DNA of 43,930 nt. It comes from Bacteroidales bacterium (lineage in GTDB: Bacteria; Bacteroidota; Bacteroidia; Bacteroidales; P3). A program made the position numbers and the translations under genes. Below, piece by piece: positions 20,266-29,448 of this stretch; within the stretch, counting starts at the first letter, position 1, and every line of letters starts with the position of its first letter. The notes under the pieces were generated by a model, which was not told where the DNA came from, did not search any database, and saw only the letters and a list, made by a program, of their open reading frames with translations. The stretch covers positions 1-43,930 of the forward strand of contig JAVBMO010000069.1 in assembly GCA_031552355.1 (NCBI GenBank). The letters are read 5' to 3'.

Positions 20266-21492
20266 ATGAAGAAAATATTAATATTGTTCTGCTTGCTGTG
20301 TACAGTGTCATTTGTTCATGCACAAGTGCAGCGGGTGGAATATTTTTTCGATACCGACCCTGGCTATGGCAATGGAATAGATGCAGGTACGGCAACCGCA
20401 CTGCCAAGTAGCCTGGACAGATTCTATGAAACCGTAACATTCAATGCCTCGTTGGAAACTCTTTCCGATGGGTTTCATACCTTGTTTGTTAGGGCAGAAA
20501 ATTCAAAAGGCTGGTCGCAAACACAATTCCGTCCGTTTGTAAAAACCACTTTGCCCAAAGAATTAAGTAATGAAGTAGCTTATATAGAGTATTTCATTGA
20601 TGCCGACCCTGGTTACCACAATGCAAAACCAATAGATTTGGCGGCAAATACAGGTACTTACACAATCAATGCACCTTTAGATTTGTTATCCGACGGATTT
20701 CATACCTTTTGTGTGCGGGCGCAAAATAAATACGGAAAATGGTCGCAGGTAATGTACCGTTCATTTGTAAAGGCAACTTTACCCAAAGAAATTAGCCACG
20801 AAATTGCTTATGTGGAATACTTTTTTGACACTGACCCTGGCTATGGTAAAGGTGTAGTCGCCGATTCGGTTATAAATACCGGCATGTACTATATGGATGC
20901 TCCTGTTGAAACACTAATGGAGGGTTTTCATACTTTGTATGTACGGGCGCAAAATAAATACGGGAAATGGTCGCAAGTGATGCACCGTTCGTTTGTAAAA
21001 ACAGAGTTAGCGCCCAGTGAGTATGTGTATATAGAATATTTTATTGACACAGATCCGGGCAGAGCAAAGGGTGCATCGGTTCCTTTTACCAAAGGTTCTA
21101 TGGAAATTGATTTTACAGCCGTACTCACAGGCATTGAGGCCGGCAACCATTTGCTAAGCATACGGGGGGAAAACAAAAACCATGAATGGATGGATATGGG
21201 AACACATGCTTTTACCGTGTTGAATGACACCACAGGAATAGACCAAATCGAAGATTTATCAGTGCTTGTGGTTTATCCGAATCCTGTAAGTGATTTGCTT
21301 TTTATCAAAAATGAATCTTTACGAATAGATTATGTGGAACTGATAGATATAAACGGTAATCTATTAAAAACTGTCATGGGTAAAAATAATTCCATTTTAC
21401 AATTATCTCTTGCCGATAAACCAACAGGTGTTTATTTAGTCAGAATTTACACAAACAAGCAAACAAAAACAGTAAAGGTTATTAAACAGTAA
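20266..21492 (+). CDS. T9SS cargo protein with four tandem ~73-83-aa YF(F/I)D(T/A)DPG repeats
   Basis: Signal ..LLCTVSFVHAQ. Four repeats (nt ~20326-21225) share (V/I)EYF.D.DPG......................L..GFHT..VRA.N..G.WSQ...R.FVK. The C-terminal ..VVYPNPVSDLLFI......VELIDINGNLL........L.L...P.GVYLVRIYT..QTKTVKVIKQ is a T9SS CTD pattern. Confidence 0.8.
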   Translation: MKKILILFCLLCTVSFVHAQVQRVEYFFDTDPGYGNGIDAGTATALPSSLDRFYETVTFNASLETLSDGFHTLFVRAENSKGWSQTQFRPFVKTTLPKELSNEVAYIEYFIDADPGYHNAKPIDLAANTGTYTINAPLDLLSDGFHTFCVRAQNKYGKWSQVMYRSFVKATLPKEISHEIAYVEYFFDTDPGYGKGVVADSVINTGMYYMDAPVETLMEGFHTLYVRAQNKYGKWSQVMHRSFVKTELAPSEYVYIEYFIDTDPGRAKGASVPFTKGSMEIDFTAVLTGIEAGNHLLSIRGENKNHEWMDMGTHAFTVLNDTTGIDQIEDLSVLVVYPNPVSDLLFIKNESLRIDYVELIDINGNLLKTVMGKNNSILQLSLADKPTGVYLVRIYTNKQTKTVKVIKQ

Positions 21493-21512
21493 TCTCTTTA
21501 TTTTTGTACAGG

Positions 21513-21552
21513 AAGGTCTCTCAGATTCAAGTATTCTGAGAGGCCTTTTTAT
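21513..21552 (+). terminator. Rho-independent terminator ending the plus-strand accessory gene block
   Basis: Stem GGTCTCTCAGA (21515-21525) / TCTGAGAGGCC (21535-21545), 11 bp with one G-U pair, 9-nt loop, then TTTTT at 21546-21550. Confidence 0.75.
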
Positions 21553-21617
21553 TAAATTTTCTCCCGACTAAAGTTCAAAAGCGAAAAGAATTTCCATGTA
21601 TTTCCTTACAAAAATGC

Positions 21618-22856
21618 TCACACAATTTTCTCTTTCACGTCCAAAGCTTCGCGCAAGCCATTTCCAACAAGCATAAATGCCAATACCAAAAGCATGATGG
21701 CCAATCCGGGAAGGATGGCAAGATAGGCCGAATCCAAAATAATATAGGCATAATTTTCTTTTAGCATGGCGCCCCAGGAAACCATGGGAGGTTGAACACC
21801 AATTCCCAAGAAACTCAATCCGGCTTCCAGCAAAATGGCCGAAGCAAAATTCGAAGCAGTAATCACAATTATCGGCCCCATGATATTGGGCAAAATATGG
21901 CGAAAAATAATTCTTTGTGTTTTGTATCCCAAAGCCTTTGCCGACTCCACAAATTCTTTTTCCTTGATACTCAAAACCTGTCCGCGTACCACACGGGCAA
22001 TATCAACCCACATGGTTAGCCCCACAGCGATAAAAACCTGCCAAAAGCCTTTGCCCAAGGCAAAGGTAATGGCAATTACCAACAAAATGGTAGGAATAGA
22101 CCACACCACATTGATAAACCACATAATGACGGCATCGACCCATTTGCTATAGTACGCAGCCAAAGCCCCTAAAGAAATGCCTATCAACAAAGCAATGACA
22201 ATGGCAATAAACCCTACCGACAAGCTTACCCGTGTGCCTATCAACAACTGGCTCAAAACATCGCGTCCATACTTGTCGCTGCCTAACCAAAATCGTTTTT
22301 CTTTCAAATGTTTTTTCTGAACAATGGTTTTTAGTTCTGTTATAGTTTTCTGCTGTTTTACGCCAGAAACATCCACAAAGGAAATATTATCCCCTGACCT
22401 TTGGATGGTTTTTGTACTTTGTAAAGGAAAGGCAATTTCCGCCAAATGAAACCGTTTCCATTCGCCATTGTTGGGAACATCGCCCGTATAAGTTTCCACA
22501 AAGAGGGAGTCGCCATGAAATTCGTACTTATAAATCGGATACACATCATCTTTCAAAGGCTTTCCATACAACATCTTGACAAAAAAAGATGTCTTTGCAG
22601 GAACTTCATTTTTGCTGACATACAAAAACAAATTTTTTGTCAAAGGTTTTTGGGTGGTCAATTCAAGGTACTGCTGATTGCAATAGGGCGTAGAATCAGG
22701 CGTAATCAAGTATCCGAGTATAGCCACCAAGGTAAAAAGGGCTATCATCAACAACCCAAGCATGGCCATTTTGTTTTTCCTGAATTTTTTCCAAACAACA
22801 GAATTCAACGAAATGCTTTCTGTTGTGTAATATTCTTTTCGACGAAAAAACTTCAT
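21618..22856 (-). CDS. ABC transporter permease, OppC/DppC family (binding-protein-dependent transport inner-membrane component), with a large loop after TM1
   Basis: 412 aa. TM1 is ..MAMLGLLMIALFTLVAILGYLI... A ~150-aa hydrophilic segment follows, then ..GSDKYGRDVLSQLLIGTRVSL.. and the EAA-type loop ..ESAKALGYKTQRIIFRHILPNIMGPIIV.., typical of OppC-like permeases. Confidence 0.85.
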   Translation of the reverse strand: MKFFRRKEYYTTESISLNSVVWKKFRKNKMAMLGLLMIALFTLVAILGYLITPDSTPYCNQQYLELTTQKPLTKNLFLYVSKNEVPAKTSFFVKMLYGKPLKDDVYPIYKYEFHGDSLFVETYTGDVPNNGEWKRFHLAEIAFPLQSTKTIQRSGDNISFVDVSGVKQQKTITELKTIVQKKHLKEKRFWLGSDKYGRDVLSQLLIGTRVSLSVGFIAIVIALLIGISLGALAAYYSKWVDAVIMWFINVVWSIPTILLVIAITFALGKGFWQVFIAVGLTMWVDIARVVRGQVLSIKEKEFVESAKALGYKTQRIIFRHILPNIMGPIIVITASNFASAILLEAGLSFLGIGVQPPMVSWGAMLKENYAYIILDSAYLAILPGLAIMLLVLAFMLVGNGLREALDVKEKIV

Positions 22857-22890
22857 AACTTGGCTTTCTCTATTAAACTGGTTCTTTCTG

Positions 22891-22922
22891 CAAAGTTAAG
22901 ATTTTATTCAGAAATCAACAAA
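22891..22922 (-). promoter_or_regulatory. Putative promoter of the permease gene (-7 TAACTTTG, -33 TTTG)
   Basis: On the minus strand, TAACTTTG is the complement of 22891-22898 and TTTG the complement of 22919-22922. The spacer is 20 nt, and the -7 box lies 35 nt upstream of the ATG at 22856. Confidence 0.5.
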
Positions 22923-22968
22923 AGAGGCAAAAGGCGCAGAACTAAAGACCAAAGGGAACTGCCTCACA

Positions 22969-23012
22969 ATAAAAAAAACCGCTTGTGTAAATATAACGTA
23001 CAAGCGGTTTTT
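22969..23012 (-). terminator. Rho-independent terminator downstream of the DEAD-box helicase gene
   Basis: Stem AACCGCTTGT (22977-22986) / ACAAGCGGTT (23000-23009). On the minus strand it is followed by an 8-nt T run (complement of 22971-22978). An extra small hairpin TGTCGCGTAGCGACA lies at 23015-23029. Confidence 0.75.
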
Positions 23013-23044
23013 ATGTCGCGTAGCGACAGCATTCTCAATTGAAA

Positions 23045-24841
23045 TTAGAACCGTCTTTTCGGCTTTCCTTTATCTTTGTCTCTTGGTTTTTCTTTACGAC
23101 GATCTCTGTCATCCCCTGCCCTGCTTCCACGATTTCTATCGCTGCTACCAGAACTGCTTCCCGAACGCCTGTTTTTATTAGCTACTTCCACACCAAAACG
23201 TTTTCCACGGTAATTGGCTTTTTGGAAAGCATCCAATACATCTTTCACATGCTGGTCAGAAATTTCGATATAAGAAATCTCATCCTGAATATCAATTTTG
23301 CCAATGGCAATATCACGGTTTCTTGTAAAATCGTTTATCATTCCTATTAACCGCTGAGGAACAATTTTATCCTTGTAACCCAATCCGAATGCTATGCGGG
23401 TAAATTTCCCACCACTTCTTCTTGGTGAACGTTCCCTATCGCCACGCTCTCCCCTATCCCGTCTTTCGCCTCTGTCTCCCCTATCTCTTTTATCCGAATG
23501 CCCTTCTGCTTTTTCGTCCACATTCAAATCCTTAGCATCACGGTAATAATCCAAAAAGCGGTTAAACTCAACAGAAACCACTCTTTTTATCAATTCGTCT
23601 TTGCTCATAAATTCCAATCTCTTGGAAATTACAGGAAAATATTCTTGGATTTCCGTTTCATTCAAATCCACATTTTCTATATTCTCTATTACCTTGAAAA
23701 GTTGTTTCTTACAAACTTCTTCTCCCGTAGGAATATGCATTTGAGTAAACTTTGTATTGATTTTCTTTTCTATCTGAAAGATTTTATGCTTGTCGCGAGC
23801 GCCCAAAATAGCTATCGAAATCCCCTGCTTATCGGCACGGCCGGTTCTTCCGCTTCGGTGGGTATATTGTTCCACATCATCAGGAAGATTATAATTAATA
23901 ACATGGGTCAAGTTATTCACGTCCAAACCCCTTGCAGCCACATCGGTAGCCACCAAAATTTGAATATTTCTCAAACGGAAACGGCTCATCACATAGTCGC
24001 GTTGCGCCTGTGACAAATCACCATGCAAAGCGTCGGCATTGTAACCATCGCGCATCAATTCTGCTGCTACTTCCTGCGTATCCATTTTTGTACGGCAGAA
24101 AATAATGGAATAAATATCGGGATAAAAATCCACAATCCTTTTTAACGCTAAATAACGTGAACGGGGTTGTGTCAAACAATAGAAATGACGAATATTCTGT
24201 GAACTTGAATTCTTCTCGCCTATGGTAATTTCCACAGGGTCGTTCATATAGTTTTTGGCAATTGCAGCAATCTCTTTCGACATGGTTGCCGAAAACAACA
24301 AGGTTTGTCTGTCGGAAGACGCTCTTTCCAAAATAGCATCCAAATCGTCTTTGAATCCCATATTTAACATTTCGTCCGCTTCGTCCAAAACCAAACGTTG
24401 CAAATTACTTAAATTAATATTGCCGCGTTTCAACAAATCCAACATACGGCCGGGTGTGGCTACAATAATTTTAGCGCCTTTCAGCAATGCTTTTTGCTGC
24501 ATTTCGATACTTGCACCGCCATAAACCGGAACAACGGTAACTTGCGGAATATATTTAGAATAAACCGACAAATCGTTTGCAATCTGGATACACAATTCGC
24601 GTGTCGGCGACAAAACCAATGCTTCGGTGTCTTTGTTCGTCAAATCCAATTTTTGGATAATGGGAATACCAAATGCGGCCGTTTTTCCGGTTCCGGTTTG
24701 CGCCAAGGCAACCATATCGGTCTCTGATGAAAAAAGTATGGGCAATACTTCTGCCTGTACAGGCATTGGACGTTCAAATCCAAGTTCGGTAATAGCCTGC
24801 AAAATGCGGCTATCAACCTCTAAATCTTTAAATGTTATCAT
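23045..24841 (-). CDS. deaD: DEAD-box ATP-dependent RNA helicase, DeaD/CsdA-like, with a DbpA-type C-terminal RNA-binding domain and Arg/Gly/Asp-rich segments
   Basis: Q-motif, AQTGTGKT, PTRELC, VLDEADEMLNMGF, SAT and HRSGRTGRA motifs. The C-terminal ..RIAFGLGYKDKIVPQRLIGMIN....IGKIDIQDEISYIEI.. is DbpA-like. RG/RD-rich stretches lie at ~23420-23500 and in the 3' tail. Confidence 0.9.
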   Translation of the reverse strand: MITFKDLEVDSRILQAITELGFERPMPVQAEVLPILFSSETDMVALAQTGTGKTAAFGIPIIQKLDLTNKDTEALVLSPTRELCIQIANDLSVYSKYIPQVTVVPVYGGASIEMQQKALLKGAKIIVATPGRMLDLLKRGNINLSNLQRLVLDEADEMLNMGFKDDLDAILERASSDRQTLLFSATMSKEIAAIAKNYMNDPVEITIGEKNSSSQNIRHFYCLTQPRSRYLALKRIVDFYPDIYSIIFCRTKMDTQEVAAELMRDGYNADALHGDLSQAQRDYVMSRFRLRNIQILVATDVAARGLDVNNLTHVINYNLPDDVEQYTHRSGRTGRADKQGISIAILGARDKHKIFQIEKKINTKFTQMHIPTGEEVCKKQLFKVIENIENVDLNETEIQEYFPVISKRLEFMSKDELIKRVVSVEFNRFLDYYRDAKDLNVDEKAEGHSDKRDRGDRGERRDRGERGDRERSPRRSGGKFTRIAFGLGYKDKIVPQRLIGMINDFTRNRDIAIGKIDIQDEISYIEISDQHVKDVLDAFQKANYRGKRFGVEVANKNRRSGSSSGSSDRNRGSRAGDDRDRRKEKPRDKDKGKPKRRF

Positions 24842-25027
24842 GAAAAACTTTTTTGCCCTGACAAAGGGCGTAAAACAATTATTTAATTCTCTTTAAATTG
24901 AAGGGTGTAAAACACACTGTCTTCTTTTCTATCCCACCTTTCCTTCAAACTCAAAGTTCTTTCTTCAAGAACTTCCCCACAAAAGACAATGCTTTTTAAA
25001 GAGAATTTAGAAAAGGGTATAAATAGA

Positions 25028-25063
25028 ACAAAACACTATCAAGTATTTTTGATAGTGTTTTGC
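25028..25063 (-). terminator. Hairpin downstream of rplQ, a probable terminator of the ribosomal supercluster
   Basis: Perfect 13-bp stem AAAACACTATCAA (25030-25042) / TTGATAGTGTTTT (25049-25061), 60 nt past the rplQ stop. The U-tract is partly inside the stem, so strength and orientation are uncertain. Confidence 0.5.
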
Positions 25064-25122
25064 AAAATATGACTTAATTTTGACAATCTACAGTATTCAA
25101 AAAACGAACTGTCAAAATCAAA

Positions 25123-25668
25123 CTATTCTTCTTTTGCTGTTTCTTCAGCTTGTACTTCTACTGCAGGTTCTACAACTTCAGGAGCTTTTGTCTCTTCTGC
25201 AACTACTTCAGTAGCTTTCGAAGCAACAACTTCTTCAGTTTTTTTAGCGCCTGAACGACCCCTACGAGTAGTTTTAGCTTTCTTAGCTGAAAAATCTTTC
25301 AACATATTTTCGTTGTAGTCCACCAACTCCATCATACACATTTCTGCATTGTCGCCTTTACGGAAACCTGTTTTCAAGATGCGAGTATAACCACCTGGAC
25401 GATTTGCTACTTTCTGAGAAACTTCTCTGAACAATTCAGTAACAGCCTCTTTGTTTTGCAAATAGCTGAAAACAATACGTCTTGAGTGAGTAGAATCTAC
25501 TTTAGAGCGGTTAATCAATGGCTCTACATAAATTTTCAATGCTTTTGCCTTGGCAAGAGTGGTTTCTATGCGTTTGTGCAATATCAAGGAGCTGGCCATA
25601 TTTGACAACATGGCAATCCTGTGAGCATGAGTTCTTGATAATTTATTTACTTTACAACCGTGTCTCAT
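25123..25668 (-). CDS. rplQ: 50S ribosomal protein L17
   Basis: [44 protein letters not shown].. is the L17 N-terminus. It follows rpoA. It has a ~55-aa Ala/Glu/Val-rich C-terminal tail. Confidence 0.95.
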   Translation of the reverse strand: MRHGCKVNKLSRTHAHRIAMLSNMASSLILHKRIETTLAKAKALKIYVEPLINRSKVDSTHSRRIVFSYLQNKEAVTELFREVSQKVANRPGGYTRILKTGFRKGDNAEMCMMELVDYNENMLKDFSAKKAKTTRRGRSGAKKTEEVVASKATEVVAEETKAPEVVEPAVEVQAEETAKEE

Positions 25669-25673
25669 TTCCT

Positions 25674-26666
25674 TTATTCTTTATCTAATTTATACTTAGC
25701 TACATTCATTCCGAATTCAAGGCTTTTGCTTTTCACCAACTGCTCTAACTCAGTCAATGATTTTTTACCAAAGTTACGGAATTTCAACAAATCGGCCTTA
25801 TTGATAGCAACCAATTCTCCCAAAGTTTCTACTTCAGCCGCTTTCAAGCAGTTCAATGCACGTACCGACAAATCCATATCTACCAATTTTGTTTTCAACA
25901 ATTGGCGAATTTGCAATGTATTTTCATCAAATTCTTCAACCACTTGTTTTGCTTCTGCTTCCACAGCAATTTTTTCATCGGAAAACAATGCAAAGTGGTG
26001 AATCAAAATTTTAGCAGCTTCTTTCAAAGCTTCTTTTGGATGAATAGATCCGTCTGTTTCAATGTTGAAAATTACCTTTTCGTAGTCCGTTTTTTGTTCT
26101 ACACGGAAATTGTCAACAATGTATTGTACATTTTTTATGGGCGTATGAATGGAATCTATCAAAATGGTTCCAATTGGTTCATTGCCTTTTCTATTTTCTT
26201 CGGCAGGAACATAGCCTCTTCCTTTTTCAATGGTCAATTCTATAACCAATTTCACTGAAGATTCCATGTGGCAGAGCTCAAGCTCAGGATTCAATACTTG
26301 GAATCCGTTTAGTTGAGCATTCAAATCTCCTGCTTTAAAAACGTCTTTTGAAGTAACAACGAGTCTTACGCTTTCTCTTTCGCAATCTTCAATTTGACGT
26401 TTAAAACGAACTTGTTTCAAGTTCAAAATAATTTCCGATACATCTTCTACCACACCTTGGATGGAAGAAAATTCTTGCTCAACACCTTCAATATGAAGGG
26501 ACGTGATTGCAAATCCTTCCAAAGAAGATAACAATATGCGACGTAACGAATTACCGATGGTAACACCATAACCGGGCTCTAATGGACGAAATTCGAACGA
26601 TCCGCGAAAATCATCAGCCTCAAGCATGATTACCTTATTGGGTTTTTGAAAAGCTAATATTGCCAT
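25674..26666 (-). CDS. rpoA: DNA-directed RNA polymerase subunit alpha
   Basis: 330 aa. N-terminal assembly domain (..[28 protein letters not shown]..) and alpha-CTD (..[22 protein letters not shown]..). Confidence 0.97.
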   Translation of the reverse strand: MAILAFQKPNKVIMLEADDFRGSFEFRPLEPGYGVTIGNSLRRILLSSLEGFAITSLHIEGVEQEFSSIQGVVEDVSEIILNLKQVRFKRQIEDCERESVRLVVTSKDVFKAGDLNAQLNGFQVLNPELELCHMESSVKLVIELTIEKGRGYVPAEENRKGNEPIGTILIDSIHTPIKNVQYIVDNFRVEQKTDYEKVIFNIETDGSIHPKEALKEAAKILIHHFALFSDEKIAVEAEAKQVVEEFDENTLQIRQLLKTKLVDMDLSVRALNCLKAAEVETLGELVAINKADLLKFRNFGKKSLTELEQLVKSKSLEFGMNVAKYKLDKE

Positions 26667-26731
26667 TTTGGTTTCCTTATATTTTGTTGTTTCTAAATTT
26701 ATTTATTGGGGATAATTGTTTTCAACAATTA

Positions 26732-27337
26732 TTATTTAGAATACAACTCAACGATTAATTGTTCTTTAATATTTTCAGGGATATCTGCTCTTGCAGGGAA
26801 AGATACAAATTTACCTTTCATTTGTGCGCCATCCCATTCCAACCATGAAAATTTGTTTACATGACCAGCAAGTGAGTCCACAATAATTTCCAATGATTTT
26901 GAACGTTCTCTAACAGAGATGATATCGCCTTCTTTCAAAGAATATGAAGGAATATTTACAACTTGTCCGTTTACGGTAATATGTCTGTGAGAAACCAACT
27001 GACGGGCTTGAGAACGAGAACGAGCAATACCTAAACGATATACTACGTTGTCCAAACGAGCTTCGATCAATTGCAACAATACTTCACCGGTTACCCCACC
27101 TTTACGCGAAGCATGGTCGAAAATGTTTCTAAATTGTTTTTCTAAAATACCGTAAGTATATTTTGCTTTTTGTTTTTCTTGAAGCTGCAAGCCATACTCC
27201 GAAGTTTTTGCACGACGTTTGTTAGCTCCGTGCATTCCAGGAGGATAATTCTTCTTTTCCAATGCTTTGTCTGGTCCAAAGATGGGCTCTCTGAATTTTC
27301 TTGCAATCTTACTTTTAGGTCCGGTATATCTGGCCAT
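26732..27337 (-). CDS. rpsD: 30S ribosomal protein S4
   Basis: [15 protein letters not shown].. plus the S4 RNA-binding domain ..[31 protein letters not shown].. Confidence 0.97.
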   Translation of the reverse strand: MARYTGPKSKIARKFREPIFGPDKALEKKNYPPGMHGANKRRAKTSEYGLQLQEKQKAKYTYGILEKQFRNIFDHASRKGGVTGEVLLQLIEARLDNVVYRLGIARSRSQARQLVSHRHITVNGQVVNIPSYSLKEGDIISVRERSKSLEIIVDSLAGHVNKFSWLEWDGAQMKGKFVSFPARADIPENIKEQLIVELYSK

Positions 27338-27392
27338 AAACTTAACTCTATTTTATTTTATACAAATTCTTTAATTACAAATTTTGATAGGC

Positions 27393-27782
27393 TTATACAC
27401 GTCTGCGTTTAGGAGGTCTGCAACCGTTGTGTGGTAGTGGTGTAACATCCACAATTTCCATTACTTCAATACCTGAAGTAGCCAATCCTCTAATAGCAGA
27501 TTCACGTCCTGAACCCGGTCCTTTTACAAAAACTTTTACTTTGCGTAATCCTAAGTCACTAGCAACTTTTGCTGCATTCTCAGATGCTACTTGCGCAGCA
27601 TAAGGAGTGTTTTTCTTTGACCCTCTGAATCCCATTTTTCCGGCAGAAGACCAAGAAATTACTTGTCCTGCGGAATTGGTCAAAGATATGATAATGTTAT
27701 TAAATGATGCGGAAATAAAAGCTTTTCCCACAGCATCAATTTTAACAACTCTTTTTTTGGTTGGTTTAGCTGTTTTTGCCAT
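27393..27782 (-). CDS. rpsK: 30S ribosomal protein S11
   Basis: ..[37 protein letters not shown].. is the S11 signature. Confidence 0.97.
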   Translation of the reverse strand: MAKTAKPTKKRVVKIDAVGKAFISASFNNIIISLTNSAGQVISWSSAGKMGFRGSKKNTPYAAQVASENAAKVASDLGLRKVKVFVKGPGSGRESAIRGLATSGIEVMEIVDVTPLPHNGCRPPKRRRV

Positions 27783-27860
27783 AAATCACTTTTTATCTGT
27801 TTTATACGAAAGCCGATTGTTCCAAAGTTGAAAAATATGATCCACAATCGGAAAAATTTA

Positions 27861-28238
27861 TTACTTAGTTGCTTTTTTCTTGTTAGCAACAGTTTTCTTT
27901 TTACCCTTACGAGTTCTTGCATTGTTCTTCGTGCTTTGACCTCTCAAAGGAAGACCGATACGATGACGGATGCCTCTGTAACAACCAATGTCCATCAAAC
28001 GTTTAATGCTCATTTGTACTTCTGAACGCAAAGCACCTTCTACTTTGAATTGGTCGTTAATAATCGTACGGATAGCGTTTTGCTCATCATCCGTCCAGTC
28101 ACCAACTTTTTTGTTTACATCAATACCAGCTTGAGCCAAAATAAGTTGTGCTGATTTCTTTCCAATGCCATAAATATAGGTTAACCCTATTTCTCCTCGT
28201 TTGTTCTTGGGTAAATCAAGACCCGCAATTCTTGCCAT
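27861..28238 (-). CDS. rpsM: 30S ribosomal protein S13
   Basis: [30 protein letters not shown].. is the S13 N-terminus. Confidence 0.97.
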   Translation of the reverse strand: MARIAGLDLPKNKRGEIGLTYIYGIGKKSAQLILAQAGIDVNKKVGDWTDDEQNAIRTIINDQFKVEGALRSEVQMSIKRLMDIGCYRGIRHRIGLPLRGQSTKNNARTRKGKKKTVANKKKATK

Positions 28239-28269
28239 ACAGTGATCTATTGTATTTTAAAATTAATTC

Positions 28270-28386
28270 TTAACCTTGTCTTTGTTTATACTTCGGGTTC
28301 TTTTTGTTAATTACATAAACCTTCCCTTTTCTACGAACGATTTTACATTCGGGTGAACGTTTTTTCACAGATGCTCTAACTTTCAT
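28270..28386 (-). CDS. rpmJ: 50S ribosomal protein L36 (not in the supplied ORF track)
   Basis: The reverse-strand translation of 28386..28270 reads [38 protein letters not shown]-stop (38 aa). It sits in the canonical position between infA and rpsM. Confidence 0.92.
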   Translation of the reverse strand: MKVRASVKKRSPECKIVRRKGKVYVINKKNPKYKQRQG

Positions 28387-28418
28387 GTTACGCTTATTTA
28401 TATATTTTACAAAATTAC

Positions 28419-28637
28419 TTATTTATGTCGATATGTAATGCGGCCTTTTGTTAAATCATAAGGAGACATTTCCACTTGAACTTTATCCCCTGGCAAAATT
28501 TTAATATAGTGCATACGCATTTTACCTGAAATATGAGCTATGATCACGTGTCCATTTGCTAATTCAACACGGAACATTGCATTTCCTAAGGATTCAATGA
28601 CAGTACCATCTAATTGTATCGCCGCTTGTTTTGCCAT
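28419..28637 (-). CDS. infA: Translation initiation factor IF-1
   Basis: [69 protein letters not shown] is the IF-1 S1-like fold sequence. Confidence 0.97.
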   Translation of the reverse strand: MAKQAAIQLDGTVIESLGNAMFRVELANGHVIIAHISGKMRMHYIKILPGDKVQVEMSPYDLTKGRITYRHK

Positions 28638-28663
28638 ATATGTACTTTACTTTTCTTCTTCTT

Positions 28664-29446
28664 TTAAAATCCAAGTGCTTCTATTGGAGCAAAACTTGAC
28701 AAAATATCCGGTTTTTCTTTTCCTATTGCCACATCATGTTCAAAATGTGCCGAAGGTTTTCTATCCAGAGTCCTGATTGTCCATCCGTCTTTTTCAAAAA
28801 CTACATTTCTTGTTCCCAAGTTAATCATTGGTTCAATTGCTAAAACCATTCCCTCTTTCAACAAAGGGCCTGAACCTGGTCTTCCATAATTCGGAACATC
28901 CGGTTTTTCATGCATTTTAGCACCCAAACCATGTCCACATAATTCGCGAACTACAGTATAACCATGAGACTCAACATAGCTTTGAATGGCATAACTAATA
29001 TCCCCTACCCTGTTTCCTTCTACACATTTTTCCAACCCCAAATATAAGGATTTTTTTGTTATGTCCAATAACTTTTTTACTTCCAGTGAAATTTCACCTA
29101 CCCTGAAAGTGTATGCAGAATCGCCTACAAACCCATTCATGTAAGTTCCACAATCTATGGAAACAATATCACCTTCTTTTACAACCTGACTTCCCGGAAT
29201 CCCGTGCACTACAACATCATTGATTGAAATACACAAAGAAGCAGGAAAACCGCCATATCCTTTAAAAGCAGGAACCGCACCATGAGATCTGATAAATTCT
29301 TCTGCAATTTTATCCAAATATGCAGTAGTAACACCAGGCTTCAGATGTTTTCCAACTTCTGCCAAAGTTTCTCCAACAAGCAAAGAACTCTTTCTTAATA
29401 ACTCTATCTCCTCTTTCGTTTTCAGCTTAATCATTTTCTGTTTCAA
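28664..29446 (-). CDS. map: Type I methionine aminopeptidase
   Basis: ..VVHGIPG.., ..GDIVSIDCG.., ..CGHGLGAKMHEKP.., ..LAIEPM.., ..FEHDV.. are MetAP metal-ligand contexts. The gene follows secY. Confidence 0.95.
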   Translation of the reverse strand: MKQKMIKLKTKEEIELLRKSSLLVGETLAEVGKHLKPGVTTAYLDKIAEEFIRSHGAVPAFKGYGGFPASLCISINDVVVHGIPGSQVVKEGDIVSIDCGTYMNGFVGDSAYTFRVGEISLEVKKLLDITKKSLYLGLEKCVEGNRVGDISYAIQSYVESHGYTVVRELCGHGLGAKMHEKPDVPNYGRPGSGPLLKEGMVLAIEPMINLGTRNVVFEKDGWTIRTLDRKPSAHFEHDVAIGKEKPDILSSFAPIEALGF

Positions 29447-29448
29447 GA

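Noticed and set aside
22446-24013. Plus-strand ORFs (22446..23042, 198 aa; 23039..23350; 23498..24013) overlapping the permease and helicase genes
   Set aside because: They are antisense to confidently identified conserved genes. Their translations are low-complexity and lack motifs, so they are shadow ORFs.
23045-25290. Low-complexity tails: Arg/Gly/Asp/Ser-rich segments of the DEAD-box helicase (about 23045-23170 and 23420-23500) and the Ala/Glu/Val-rich tail of L17 (25123-25290)
   Set aside because: Charged or RG-rich extensions are common in DeaD-type helicases, and C-terminal extensions are common in Bacteroidota L17. Nothing here goes beyond ordinary lineage-specific tails.
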